Below, in pieces: positions 1 to 10,900 of a DNA stretch of 43,550 nucleotides. The stretch's first letter is position 1, and each line of letters opens with the position of its first letter. The stretch covers positions 219-43,768 of the forward strand of contig BCKQ01000004.1 of the NCBI GenBank assembly GCA_001600695.1, read 5' to 3'. The translations under genes and the position numbers were made by a program. The notes beneath the pieces are model-generated. The model ran no database searches, was not told the origin of the DNA, and worked only from the letters and a program-made list of their open reading frames with translations. The DNA comes from Ascoidea asiatica JCM 7603 (taxonomy: Eukaryota; Fungi; Ascomycota).

Positions 1-405
1 CCGCAAAGCGGGGGTATTAGCGAGCATTGTCCGCATAAATATATATATTCACCGCGTCGGGACTAATATTAATTATATATCATTATTATAGATTAATATA
101 CAGACGAATAAATAAAAATATTATTATATTAATTTATACATAATAATAGATAATACAAAAAATAATAATTAATATTTATATTATAAATACATAAGAATAT
201 TACTAGAATTCTAAATAAAATAAAATTTATTTAAATTTTTATTAAGAATAATTGAAAATAATTAAATATAAACATATAATTATATGTTAAGTAAAAATAA
301 AAATATAAAAATATATTTAATATTTTTACAGAAAAAAATAAAAAAATGGCTATACGTAAATCACATGTTTATCTATCACTAGTTAATAGTTACTTAATCG
401 ATTCT
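1..405 (+). other. Mitochondrial-DNA-derived segment (NUMT): GC cluster, AT spacer and 5' end of cytochrome b
   Basis: Positions 1-62 are a GC cluster starting with the hairpin CCGC-AAA-GCGG. Positions ~63-345 are almost pure A/T. Positions 346-405 read MAIRKSHVYLSLVNSYLIDS, matching the yeast Cob N-terminus (S. cerevisiae MAFRKSNVYLSLVNSYIIDS). This is the layout of yeast mtDNA. The segment probably continues left of the window. Confidence 0.88.
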
Positions 406-408
406 TGA
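346..408 (+). pseudogene. COB: Truncated apocytochrome b (first 20 codons)
   Basis: ATG at 346. Similarity stops after ...IDS, where Cob continues PQPSSINYWWN. Here it is followed by TGA (406-408) and unrelated nuclear-type sequence. Confidence 0.88.
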
Positions 409-944
409 AGTCACATGACCACGCGTGATATTTATTTTCTAACTTTTCGTAACTTTTTCAAAATTGGGGTCTAAATCCTAAATTTTTCAGGTTAGGTTAG
501 GAAAATTTAAAACACTGAGCATAGTTAACATAAATTTTTATATCCAACCGCTTGGTCTTGCAATTTTATTGTGCTAATTCAAAGTGAAAATTTCATGAAA
601 TATTTTGAACCTATTCTCGAAGGACGGAACTTTTAACTAATGGAGAAATATAGCCTACCTTTACCTTACATTAAATCTGGTTCCCGCTCAATAAAAGAAA
701 CAGATAATGAAGCTAAATGATAATAAAAACAAGCGATTCAATATTATTTCTAATTGAGTTTTTCAAAAGGAATTGATTGATAAGTTGAAAGTCATTTCAT
801 ACATTTATTATAAATACATCAAACATTCTTTTTTTTTCTTTATATCTAATTTATTCTTTCAGTCTGAACCTAAATCAATAAGTTTGTTTGCATATCTTAA
901 ATTCTACTAGCAGTCATTCAAATATTCAAAATTTCAAATCTAAA

Positions 945-2006
945 ATGGGAGCAAAAGTTTTATTAACTGGGGCTTCAGGTTATATAGCCTTACATACTCT
1001 TGATGTAGCTTTGAAAGAAGACTATAGCGTAGTTGGTACAGTCAGGTCAACAGAGAAAGGTGAAAATATTCTCAAAAAATTGAGAATCAAATACCCTGAA
1101 AAAACTTATTTTGATATTAGATTTGAGGTTGTTCCGGATATTGCCGTTTCTGGTGCATTTGATGATGTAGTTGAGAAATATGGTAATGAGTTGGAATATG
1201 TTCTACATACTGCATCTCCTTTTTCTTTTGGCTTCAAAGAATCTTACGAAGATGCTTACATAAAGCCTGCAGTCAATGGAACTGTCGGTGTGTTAAAAGC
1301 AATCAAAAAATATGCTCCAAAGGTCAAAAAGGTAGTTATAACTTCTTCATTTGCTGCTGTACTTGATGTGAACAGAATCGATGATAAATCATATACTTTA
1401 ACTGAGCAATGTTGGAATCCAATTGACATTACAAAGATGACCAATGCCATGAATGCTTATAGATGTTCCAAAAAAATGGCTGAAGTGGCAGCCTGGGATT
1501 TTTTAAAAAATGAAAAGCCAAATTTTACATTAACTACCATTCTCCCTTGTATGGTTATGGGCCCTCAACTTTTTGATTCAGATGCTAAGAAGGATACATT
1601 AAACGAGTCTGCTAATAAAATCTTGTCAATGCTAAAAACACAATATGTTGAAAAGGATAAAGTGTATGATGCAAGCCCATGGTTAGGCTGTGATGTAAGA
1701 GATATTGCTTCCCTTCATATTTTATCTTTGCAAAAATCTGAAAGTGATCTTAAAAGACTCTTGGTAATCTCAGGTGCTTATGGAGATCAGCAAATTTTAG
1801 ATTTAATCAATCAAAATTTCCCAAGTGCAAAAGGAAAAGTTGCTCTTGGCGACCCTTCAAAAACTGAAAGTTTATGGAGTACCCTTCCTTCTTATGATTG
1901 CTCAAATACAAACAAATGGACAGGTATTAAGTTTATTCCTATAGAGAAAACAATAACTGACTCAGTTGATCAAATCCTTAGAGTTAAACCAAGCGTTTTG
2001 GATTAG
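945..2006 (+). CDS. NADPH-dependent aldehyde/methylglyoxal reductase, Gre2/Ari1-like extended SDR (353 aa)
   Basis: Rossmann motif VLLTGASGYIA, VLHTASPF, PAVNGT, VVITSSFAA, catalytic YRCSK (YxxxK) and DVRDIA. The real start is most likely AAAATGG at 945, not the TTG at 888. Confidence 0.92.
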   Translation: MGAKVLLTGASGYIALHTLDVALKEDYSVVGTVRSTEKGENILKKLRIKYPEKTYFDIRFEVVPDIAVSGAFDDVVEKYGNELEYVLHTASPFSFGFKESYEDAYIKPAVNGTVGVLKAIKKYAPKVKKVVITSSFAAVLDVNRIDDKSYTLTEQCWNPIDITKMTNAMNAYRCSKKMAEVAAWDFLKNEKPNFTLTTILPCMVMGPQLFDSDAKKDTLNESANKILSMLKTQYVEKDKVYDASPWLGCDVRDIASLHILSLQKSESDLKRLLVISGAYGDQQILDLINQNFPSAKGKVALGDPSKTESLWSTLPSYDCSNTNKWTGIKFIPIEKTITDSVDQILRVKPSVLD

Positions 2007-2548
2007 TTTTGATGTTATTACCTAGATTTTGTAGTTCTGCTTTTATATGGGTTCCGTATAGATAAAATATTTATAAAGAAAGAAACACCTAGCTTTGTAG
2101 TTGATAACTTCTCTAAAAACTTTCTCGAAATTATATTTACAATGACTTAGGATAACTTTGAGTGATTGCCATAGTATTAACTATCATTTTTTGATATTGA
2201 TAAGCCGATAAATGCTTACTATGGCTCCTCATATCATTGGGCAAACTTTTTGTTGAAGGTAACCTTTCGTAAAGGATAACAGTTTCTTGGATTTTATTAA
2301 CTGAAAGTCGATTTTAAGAATTTCTCACCTGAGAGTTTTTGGTAGTGAAATCTATGGAACTAAAAATTCATCCATGGAGGTGCAAGGATAACGGCTTTTT
2401 TTTCTCGACTGATAAGATTTAATAAGGGAGCCTTAGTAACAGATGAGTTAGCCACACAAATACAGCAAATCCGATATGTCTCAAAGTAGCAGGAATATTC
2501 GGTTTACTCATAGCCTTATTTGATAAATATTGTACATTCTATGATATT

Positions 2549-4193
2549 ATGGGGAATTTCCCCCATTTAAGAATGGAACTTATACATGCACATTCAATTC
2601 AATAACCAATTCTTCGTTGGATTCCAATGATGACAATAGATGTAAAAGTTCCTCAGTCGTGGTTAAGTTTCGATACAAAAAATAATTATGAAGTTTTCCT
2701 TGTTGATGGTTACCTTGTAAATGTCGTTGATAATGATTAAAATGATAAATCTTCTTCTTCGAGCTCGATAATAACAGCTTCGGCTTTAATTTTCATTACA
2801 TATCAAAATGGTAATGATTGTATTCTCATAGATTTCTGATATTTCAAATTCTCCCTGTAGTAATAAAGTCAGGTCAACTTTTCTTTCTAGAAATCCAGCT
2901 TTGAATCTTTCTAAATATTTTACGAACGATTCAAATTATAATAATGATACGGTACTAAGTTGTAATTTGAACAATAAGTTTTCAATCATTACTGGAGATT
3001 CAGCAATAAATAATATCAGCCTTTCAAAACATGCTTTTAAGTCAAATAATCATAAATATATAAAAAGCTCTTATGATAAACTCCACAAAAATGATATTCA
3101 AGAAACTAACCTTGCAAAAAAAACTCAGTGATAATAAAGTTATATTACCTTTCAACAACCAGAAAAGTAAGTCTTTACATTCTCATAATGATGATAACTT
3201 AAACTATAATAAAAGAGTTTTATCAGCAGAAATATATATGGGTTCTATTATTGAAAGTTTTATATCGACAGCTACCAGAAAAACATACCCTTCCAAATTT
3301 ACAATAGTAAATAAGTGTGAAATATACTATGAAATTTTACCAAGTCAACGTATCCTTCTAGTCCTTTTTCTGGTTAAAGTTGTCTGTGATATTTATATTC
3401 AATACAATGATTTATTAAAAATACTCAAATTAAAAAATTTTCACCTGCATTCAAATTATTATTAGGTGTTTCTGTCGTTGATAGAGGTTAAGAATCCTTA
3501 GAAACTATTATTAATATTCTTATGTCATCAAAAACATTTCCTGAAAATTTCTTTTCGTCGAGAGGTAATAATGAATGTGCCAATATTAGTACAATATACT
3601 GCTTCTATGAGGAATGTAAAAGATTGATTGAACCTTAGAAATTGTAAAAATTTCAATGATGTGTTCTATTGCTTGCCAGTTGCTGCAACTATAAATAATA
3701 AAATTTTCTGTATTCATGGAGGTTTTTCACCTTCATTTCATAAACTTAGTGATATTAAAAACCTAATAATTTTTGAAGATATATATACACAAGAAGGATT
3801 GTTAAGTAATTTATCATGATCAGACCCTAATTCAAATCATCCTCTAAAATTCTTTATTGTTTGGTTCTAAAAAAAAGATTATAATATCAATTCTTTTGAT
3901 ATTACCGATTAGAGCCCAAATGTTAGAAAAATTACATTATTTTTCTCTAATATGGCACTTGATCAATTTCTATAGCGATTTAATTTTGACATAATCATAT
4001 GGCTGTTGAAGATGGATACGAATTCTTCCATAAAAAGAGATTTGTAACTTTATTTTCAGCGCCTAACTTTGATGGAGAATTTAAAAATTGGGATGCTCTA
4101 ATGAATATCAATTCTCATTTGGTGTATGGGTTTGAGTTGCTCAAAGAAAGTTTAACTTTTTATGAAAAGGGTAAAAAAAATAGAATAGAATAA
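2549..4193 (+). pseudogene. PPQ1: Decayed PP1-like Ser/Thr phosphatase of the Ppq1/Sal6 (Ppz-related) type
   Basis: PPP motifs lie in the correct order across frames: VVCDIYIQYNDLLKILKL (GDxHGQ), VVDRG*ESLET (GDYVDRG, stop at 3489-3491), FPENFFSSRGNNECAN (RGNHE), FNDVFYCLPVAATINNKIFCIHGG, *SDP (WSDP, stop at 3817-3819) and [32 protein letters not shown]...FELLK. The 5' end at 2549 (ATG GGG AAT, MGN...) is tentative. The catalytic part, ~3330-4150, is secure. Confidence 0.88.
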
Positions 4194-4508
4194 GGTGAAA
4201 AAAAGTATCCCTCTGTATAACAATTAGCTAGGCTAAATTTAACTATAGTATATATAGATAAATATCAGTATCTCAATTAATCTATTGAATATCGTTTTTT
4301 CAAAACTATTCTTATTTTTGAAATGCTATATTCATGTAAATATTACTTCTAAACATATCCAAATTATTGACAATAAAGATAACAGAGGAAATCTTCCTAA
4401 TTTTGCACCATTACATTTCCAGTGATGAAGATCTTATGTCATCAATGCAGTTCTCCTAACACATCCAACATCCACTAAATCCTTTTTTACTGAACATTCT
4501 TAACCTTG

Positions 4509-4557
4509 TTACCCGGATGTTTTATTTCAGAGAATATCTTCCATAAAAAAAAATTTT
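4509..4557 (+). promoter_or_regulatory. Reb1-type site followed by an RRPE-like A/T element
   Basis: Exact TTACCCGG at 4509-4516 and AAAAAAAATTTT at ~4546-4557, 120-170 bp upstream of a translation-factor gene. Confidence 0.4.
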
Positions 4558-4676
4558 ACGTTTAATCTAATACATCTTTCTTGAAAAATGATATGATTGA
4601 TTAAGGTAGTTTCAATCAATTGTCATAATCAACTAACTGTTTTAGCATAAAGTTATTTTGCTAAATTTTTTCAACC

Positions 4677-5612
4677 ATGGAGAACACTTTAGGGGAAACT
4701 CCAAAACAGAGACCGGAATTTATAAGTGATATTTTGAGCTCTTTAAAGAGATATGACGCTAATGTTATCAAAGACTTAGAAGAGTATTTAAAATCTCAAT
4801 GCCTTGAAAATTTTTCTGATGTACAATCAAATTTGGCTTTGCTAAAGCTATACGAATTGTCTAGTGAAGAGTTAACCGAAGAGAGAGAAAATTCAACTAT
4901 GAACATACTATTATTGGGATTGCTTAATTTTTATAATGTCGATTTTGAGCTTTATTTACATTTGCTTCCAGTATATGCGTTAGCTTCCACTAAGACTGAA
5001 GTAAAAAAAGAAATAAAGGGTAAAGGCGATGAAAAAGATTTCAAAGATGAAACATCAAATGAATCAGTCAATGAAAATGACGACTTGAATAATGTTGAAG
5101 CTTTTCAAGATTCAATCAATAAAATTTTACATTTATATGAAGTATTAAATTCTTGCGATTTTAATCAATTTTGGTATTTGGTTAATAAATCTAAGGAGGC
5201 AGATTCGTACCAGGATTTAGTTTTAAATTCTTTGATAGGAGAAGACTTCTATAATTTCATCAAAGAAACAATTGTAAGATTAATTTATTTATCGTTTACA
5301 AATAATTCTTCAAATATTTCCGCCAAAATCAGTAAGCATTTATTGAAAGATTATCTCAATCTTCACGATGAGGATTATTTCAAGGGATTTGTTAAGGATC
5401 ATGAGCCGCAATTCAAACTTGATCAAAATGATGGTGAATTGGTTCTAATTAATCATATGAATGATAATATTTTTTCACCGTCGATTAAGGATGTTGGTAA
5501 AATCGAAAAAATTTCAAAAGATAATAAGGATACCAATGAATTGTCTAATGTAGCTAATGAAAATATAAAGCTTGAACAGTTAAGTAAATTGATAAAAAAT
5601 GCTTTTTTATAA
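4677..5612 (+). CDS. Eukaryotic translation initiation factor 3 subunit K (PCI family), 311 aa
   Basis: The N-terminus RPEFISDILSSLKRYD...LEEYLKSQC...DVQSNLALLKLYE matches the fungal eIF3k signature (RPxxIxxILxGLDRYN...QC...D..ANLALLKLYQ). L..C.F.QFW and the C-terminal ENIKLEQLSKLI also fit. Confidence 0.82.
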   Translation: MENTLGETPKQRPEFISDILSSLKRYDANVIKDLEEYLKSQCLENFSDVQSNLALLKLYELSSEELTEERENSTMNILLLGLLNFYNVDFELYLHLLPVYALASTKTEVKKEIKGKGDEKDFKDETSNESVNENDDLNNVEAFQDSINKILHLYEVLNSCDFNQFWYLVNKSKEADSYQDLVLNSLIGEDFYNFIKETIVRLIYLSFTNNSSNISAKISKHLLKDYLNLHDEDYFKGFVKDHEPQFKLDQNDGELVLINHMNDNIFSPSIKDVGKIEKISKDNKDTNELSNVANENIKLEQLSKLIKNAFL

Positions 5613-6362
5613 TGAATCACTGGTAAATATTAATTGTTAATATTTGCTTTATTTCTGTTTAAATTTTTTTTTATTTTAATTGGTAAAAACTAATAGTATA
5701 ATTTTAAAGAAGAAAAGAAGATTGAATTTAATATTTTTATGTAGTTTAGAAATTATCACAGTTTTAAAAATTTGAAAGTATTTTTATGAAAAACCAGCAG
5801 TCGATATATGGGCAACTAGAAAGGGCACAAAAAGCGTAGGAAAAAAATACAGTAATAATTGTACAATTGCTAGTTGTACTTCAGAAAACCCTCAATTCAG
5901 AATATGATCTTTTCAATTTCGCTAGTGGTTGTTCATGGGTCTTTTACATACCTCTTTGACTATGAAAAGTACTTATTTCGTAATTTACAATTGAGAGCTT
6001 GATAGAAAAAAGAACATTTTTGGAAAGTGATTTCAAGGATAGCAGATTTGATTAATAGGTTTTTTAGAAAAATATACTGTACAAGTTAACCGTCAGCTGA
6101 ACACCAACCCAGAGGGTCTAAGAAGAAATAAAGGCATACTGTATGTTTATAAAGTTAACTGCTACTTTTCTGATTGGTTGATTAAATTGAAAGTTTGTTT
6201 AGATATTACCCTGCTATAAATTACTACTTAGGATTACTACTAAGTTTTAAGTAATTTCAAGATGCTTTAAATCTGAATTAAATAAAAATAAAATATAAAA
6301 TACAAAAAATATTCATGAAAAGTTCAGAAATTGTTTATCAATCACTTTAAAAAATCTATAAG

Positions 6363-6846
6363 ATGTTTGCACAAAATATATTCAGAGCTAAAAGCAGTCT
6401 ATATAGAGGTGTTCGTTTGAATTCTACTTCTGCTATTGGTAAAAAAGCAACTAGTTTACTTACCCGAATTAATGGTAAGTTTCTGACTATAAATTTGAAA
6501 AAATCAAAAGCTTTTATACTAACAATTTTTTCTAGGATTCGTAAATTGTTCAATCTATTGGTCCAAAGTGTCAGTTGAACTAGCTAAAGAAATTTATGTC
6601 AAGGAAGGTTTACAACCGCCATCAATAGAAAAATTCAAATTGGTCTATCAAAATATTTTCAAGGAAGCTAAAATAATGGTAGAAAAACCAAAAGAAACTT
6701 TCAATTCTCTCAAATCATTTGAGTTTTCAAAAAAAAATATTACAACCTATGGTTCTTACTTCATTCAATTTCTTGGATTATTCTCCCTAGGAGAAATTAT
6801 TGGCCGTAGGAAGTTGGTTGGATACAAAAAATATCCAACCAATTAG
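6363..6846 (+). CDS. ATP20: Mitochondrial F1Fo ATP synthase subunit g; exons 6363-6474 and 6536-6846 (140 aa)
   Basis: Splicing joins two track ORFs in frame: ...TRINGFVNCSIYWSKVSVELAKEIYVKEGLQPP...GLFSLGEIIGRRKLVGY, including the GxxxG motif of subunit g. The Arg/Ser-rich N-terminus resembles a presequence. Confidence 0.95.
6475..6535 (+). other. Spliceosomal intron in ATP20 (61 nt)
   Basis: GTAAGT donor at 6475, TACTAAC branch point at 6517-6523 and TAG acceptor at 6533-6535. Removal restores the reading frame. Confidence 0.95.
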
Positions 6847-7939
6847 GCAGCCTAGTTTCTTGTAATGAGATTGAGATAACTCTTTCTTTAATTTCCTTAT
6901 TTCTCAATTTTATTTCAAATTTAATATTCAATGGTTGTTTCACAATTAAAATTTCAAATCTAGATCTTTAATAAATGGGGAGTAGATTAATATATAATAA
7001 TTACCTTTATATACTTTTCTCTTGAATCTAATCAGAAGTTTTAAACTATGCTTTCTTTAGTGGAATGTAGTAATTTTCGCATTGAATGTTGAATAGAATT
7101 TCAATTACTAACTTATTTCTATTAATGGGTTGTCAACCTTGACGTTTTTTTTTACATCACATGCTCGAGAGACTAGACCAGGATGAAAAGCTTTCAGATA
7201 GGGCATACGTTTGTCCTAAAGCTGATTTTGCGAGAACTTGTCTTTCATCTTAAAATTTTTATGTTTTCAGTCACTCTTGCATAACTATTGTTGGCATCAC
7301 ACAATCAACCTAATTAATCACGTGAAATAATTTTTGGCCAGATTTTTTTGAAGGGATATTTTTATTGAAACCGGAATTTTCAACTGTGCTCTTATGACCC
7401 GGATACACCCACTCAAATTACCTTATTAGGGGCCACACTATGAAAAAATAGTTGAAAGCTATCATGCAACAAATCTTATTTTGAAATTATCCCAGTTTTG
7501 GGTAATTGAAAGAAGTTCAAAAATACTTTTCAAATTATTTCTTGTTTTAGATTTCATTTTTAGAGGCACCGTTTAGTCAAAAAAGATAAATTTTTGAGGT
7601 ACTATTTAGTGTTTCTCACAGTATAACGGTTCTCCCTATTAGAATAAGTACCATAGTACCGGTAACGTATTTGATAATGTATTGCACTGCATGATAACTT
7701 AGTTTGTATGGTTTTATTTTTATACTTGCTAAGTGTACTTTATCCTTCAAGTTAAGAGATAATTAACACTCCATGTTTTTATTTGAATTACTTTGGCCTC
7801 TTATTATTATTTTTTGTTTTGGTATTTTGAAATTTACTTTAAAAATTTAATAATTTTTTGAATCTTTTTCTTCTCCAATTTCACTAATTTAATAAAGTAC
7901 CAATACTATTTATAAAGTTATATTTTTGATTCATTATTA

Positions 7940-10900
7940 ATGGCTTCTGATAGTTCAGATAAAAAAAGAGGTGATGTTGAAACAAGTTCAATAGAAGATT
8001 CGCTTTCTCCCAATTCAATTCCGAAAACTTCTGGCAATTCATCCTTAAGGCCTGATTCTCTAATCAATCCATCAAATAATTTAATTGTTCACTCTTCTAC
8101 TAATTTACCTGCTAATTCATCTGTTAATCCTTCAATTTCTTCAATTTCTTCAAACTTCAACCCAAATTCAAAACCTTCTAGAAATTCCAGTTTCAACAAT
8201 CTTAACATTATAGGAAACAACTTACCCAATGACTTAATTTCTTCTCCAACTCCTATCAGAAATTCTTTTAATTTTTTGTCACCATCTAAATTCCGACCTC
8301 TGACTCCTTCTTTGCTAAGTAATTCGAATAATCCCACTCGTAATTCTTCTCCCTTCAACATTCACCAATCTTACTCTCCTTTACAAAAACAAGGAACAGG
8401 TGATTCTATCTATTCATCCATTAATCCAATTGAACAATTGAGACTAGAGTATTATAATTTAGACTATCCCAAAAGTGATGATTATTTAGTTAATACTTTA
8501 TTTTTAGATGAAAATTCAAGATTTTTTGCTAGAAAACAAAAAAGAAATTTGAACCTTTCAAAATTATTACCTTATAAAACCGAAAAATCTTTGGATCAAT
8601 CCAAATATCTTAGTCATATTGTTTCTCATTTGTACATTGCAATATATTCTTTAGATATTCAAGGCGCCATTAGTATATCTTCCAAAGATTTAAATTTCAA
8701 TGGTATTAAAAAAATATCACCTTTTTCTTCTGAAAATGAAAAAAATGCTAATAATTCACATGATATGTTTGAGGTTATTGATCATTCGGATACTGATTCG
8801 GATGATTCAAGCGATGAAGAATCTAGCGAAGACGATGATGATCTTGAATTAGGGACCTTAAGTTCTTCTTCAGCTTTCTCTAATTCCAAAAGGTCTTCTG
8901 CAATTGTTAATGTTCGTCATTGGACATCAGAGCTCAAAACGTGGTTGAAAATGAAAAACACTATGCCAATATCATTACGTATTGCTTTGGCTAAAGTGTA
9001 TTATTATCTTTGTTTGACCAGAGGTCAGCCTATTGCTCTATCTGCTTATGTTGATATGTTTGTTCTTTTGGTTAAAAATGATGTTTATACTATAAAAAAA
9101 AAGGGTCTTAAGTTGGATTATATGCCTTTATTTAAAGAATTCGAAAATAATTTTCCTCATCCAGAATCTTCTTATGACAAATTAAATAAATCAATTCATA
9201 GGAATTTGATGAAACTTTCTCTTTATTCAAACTTCTTCTTCGATGATTCGAAGTTTACAATAGATGATATTTTTTTAAAATGCCTTTCAAGATATTCGAT
9301 TCAAACTGCTTCATTAAGTTTAAGCTCCATATATTCATTACTACCATGTTCTAACAATTACGTTTTGAAGTATTTTCCTTCTCTCTTTTTTATATGGAGT
9401 TCAACAGTTAAAATTAAAAACGTCGATTCTCATTTAACTAGTTTATTGGCAAGGATTTGCGAATTTCAGCTCAATGAGGCTAGCATGAATTCAAAGTTAG
9501 AGAATGTTAATACAGAGATTTTTGGGAATTTTGGTTATTTTACTTCCGAGCAGGTTGATGTAATATTTACAAACTTGCTCAATTCTTTGAAAATTTTGAC
9601 AAATAAGTTTGGTTCGAATGCATCATCAACTTTTTACTCAGGGTACGCTACTCTAATAGTTTATTCTATAAATGGATGTAAGTCCTTAAATGACGACGGC
9701 ATTTTTTTCAAATTATCCAATTTGGTTGATATTATTGAGACTTATTTGCATCCTTCTAATACAGGAGATTGGACAACTGCTATAACTCAATTCATCAGTG
9801 CTTTAATCACTCAATATATTAAGAGATATAACCTTGAAAAGTTTGATTTGTTAAAAAAATTACCTGAAGATAATAAGCTAAATCAAAAAACAACTGCCAG
9901 ATTCATTGAAATTCTCCTACCAAAGCTCTTAGTCGGCGTTCAATCTAAGCTGGAGATTGTAAGTAGACTCTACATTATTGGTCTTAGTTCTCTTTGCTAT
10001 CTTAGCCCTCGATTAATTTTAAACTCAGTTCTACTAGATTTCTATGAATCTTTGACTAATGATCAAACCCCAAATCATAGATTAATGGCTGTGATAAAAC
10101 AATTTACACATCTTGGAAGATTTTTTGTTAGCACCAAACTATTTCGGGTTCATGTTGTAAAATTACTTTCATTGACTATACCTGCAATAGATTCGAATGA
10201 CTTAAACAAAACATATTGCTGTTTAATGTTGATTCTAACATTAGCTTCTTTCATGCCATTTGCAGATTTATCGAAGTCTTCAGCTGATGAGGATGAAGGG
10301 TTTATTGATCCAGGCCTTGCAAATGAAGTTATTGAAGGCCATTTGTTAGTTTTGGAAAGCAATTCTTATTTAAAGGAAACTTCTGATTTTTCAAAAAAAA
10401 AAGATTTTACTATTGATGAAGAAACAGAAAGAAAAGCTTTGATTTCCTCAACAATGGGCTTTGAATATTTAGTTTCTGAGTTTGTCTATAAATTATTTCC
10501 TTTGATAGAAAATCTTCCTGAGCCTTCAAAAAAAGAAATGAATAATGAATCCGCAATACAGAAATGCTTAGCTCAAACAATTTCAATACTTTGTGAATCT
10601 TTATCTGATGATTTATTCTTATTATTTGCTAACAAATTTGTAGACTTTTTAAAACGGGGAACTTATTTTAATGCTAACGAAATTGTTGCAGATATTTGTG
10701 GGTTGATCGTTAAGCGTGACCCAGAGAAGTTTTTACCATTATTCATGGAATATTTCATTCCCAGAATATATGAAAATATCTCTGAAAATGAAGCTGGAAA
10801 GTCTAGAAGTGGTATTGATATTCTTCCAAGAGACCAACCTTTGTTTTGCTACATTGCTATTATCAACAGCTGTGCACATTACTCATTTGGTGCTATTCTA

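Noticed and set aside
1-430. Point centromere (GTCACATG CDEI-like at 410-417 beside a long AT tract)
   Set aside because: The AT tract is on the wrong side and far longer than a CDEII, there is no CDEIII consensus, and the tract is explained by mitochondrial origin.
888-944. TTG-initiated N-terminal extension of the reductase
   Set aside because: Family similarity starts at the ATG at 945, which has a good AAAATGG context.
3440-4000. Introns or TGA=Trp recoding rescuing the phosphatase frame
   Set aside because: No matching donor, branch and acceptor sets were found. TAA and TAG stops and frameshifts also occur, invariant residues are mutated, and TGA ends BLM10 and HOF1 normally.
2901-4193. 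Four small independent genes (76, 130, 63 and 64 aa ORFs)
   Set aside because: They are consecutive pieces of one disrupted PPQ1-like gene.
6356-6846. Separate 65, 71 and 92 aa ORFs
   Set aside because: Two are the exons of ATP20 and the third is its antisense shadow.
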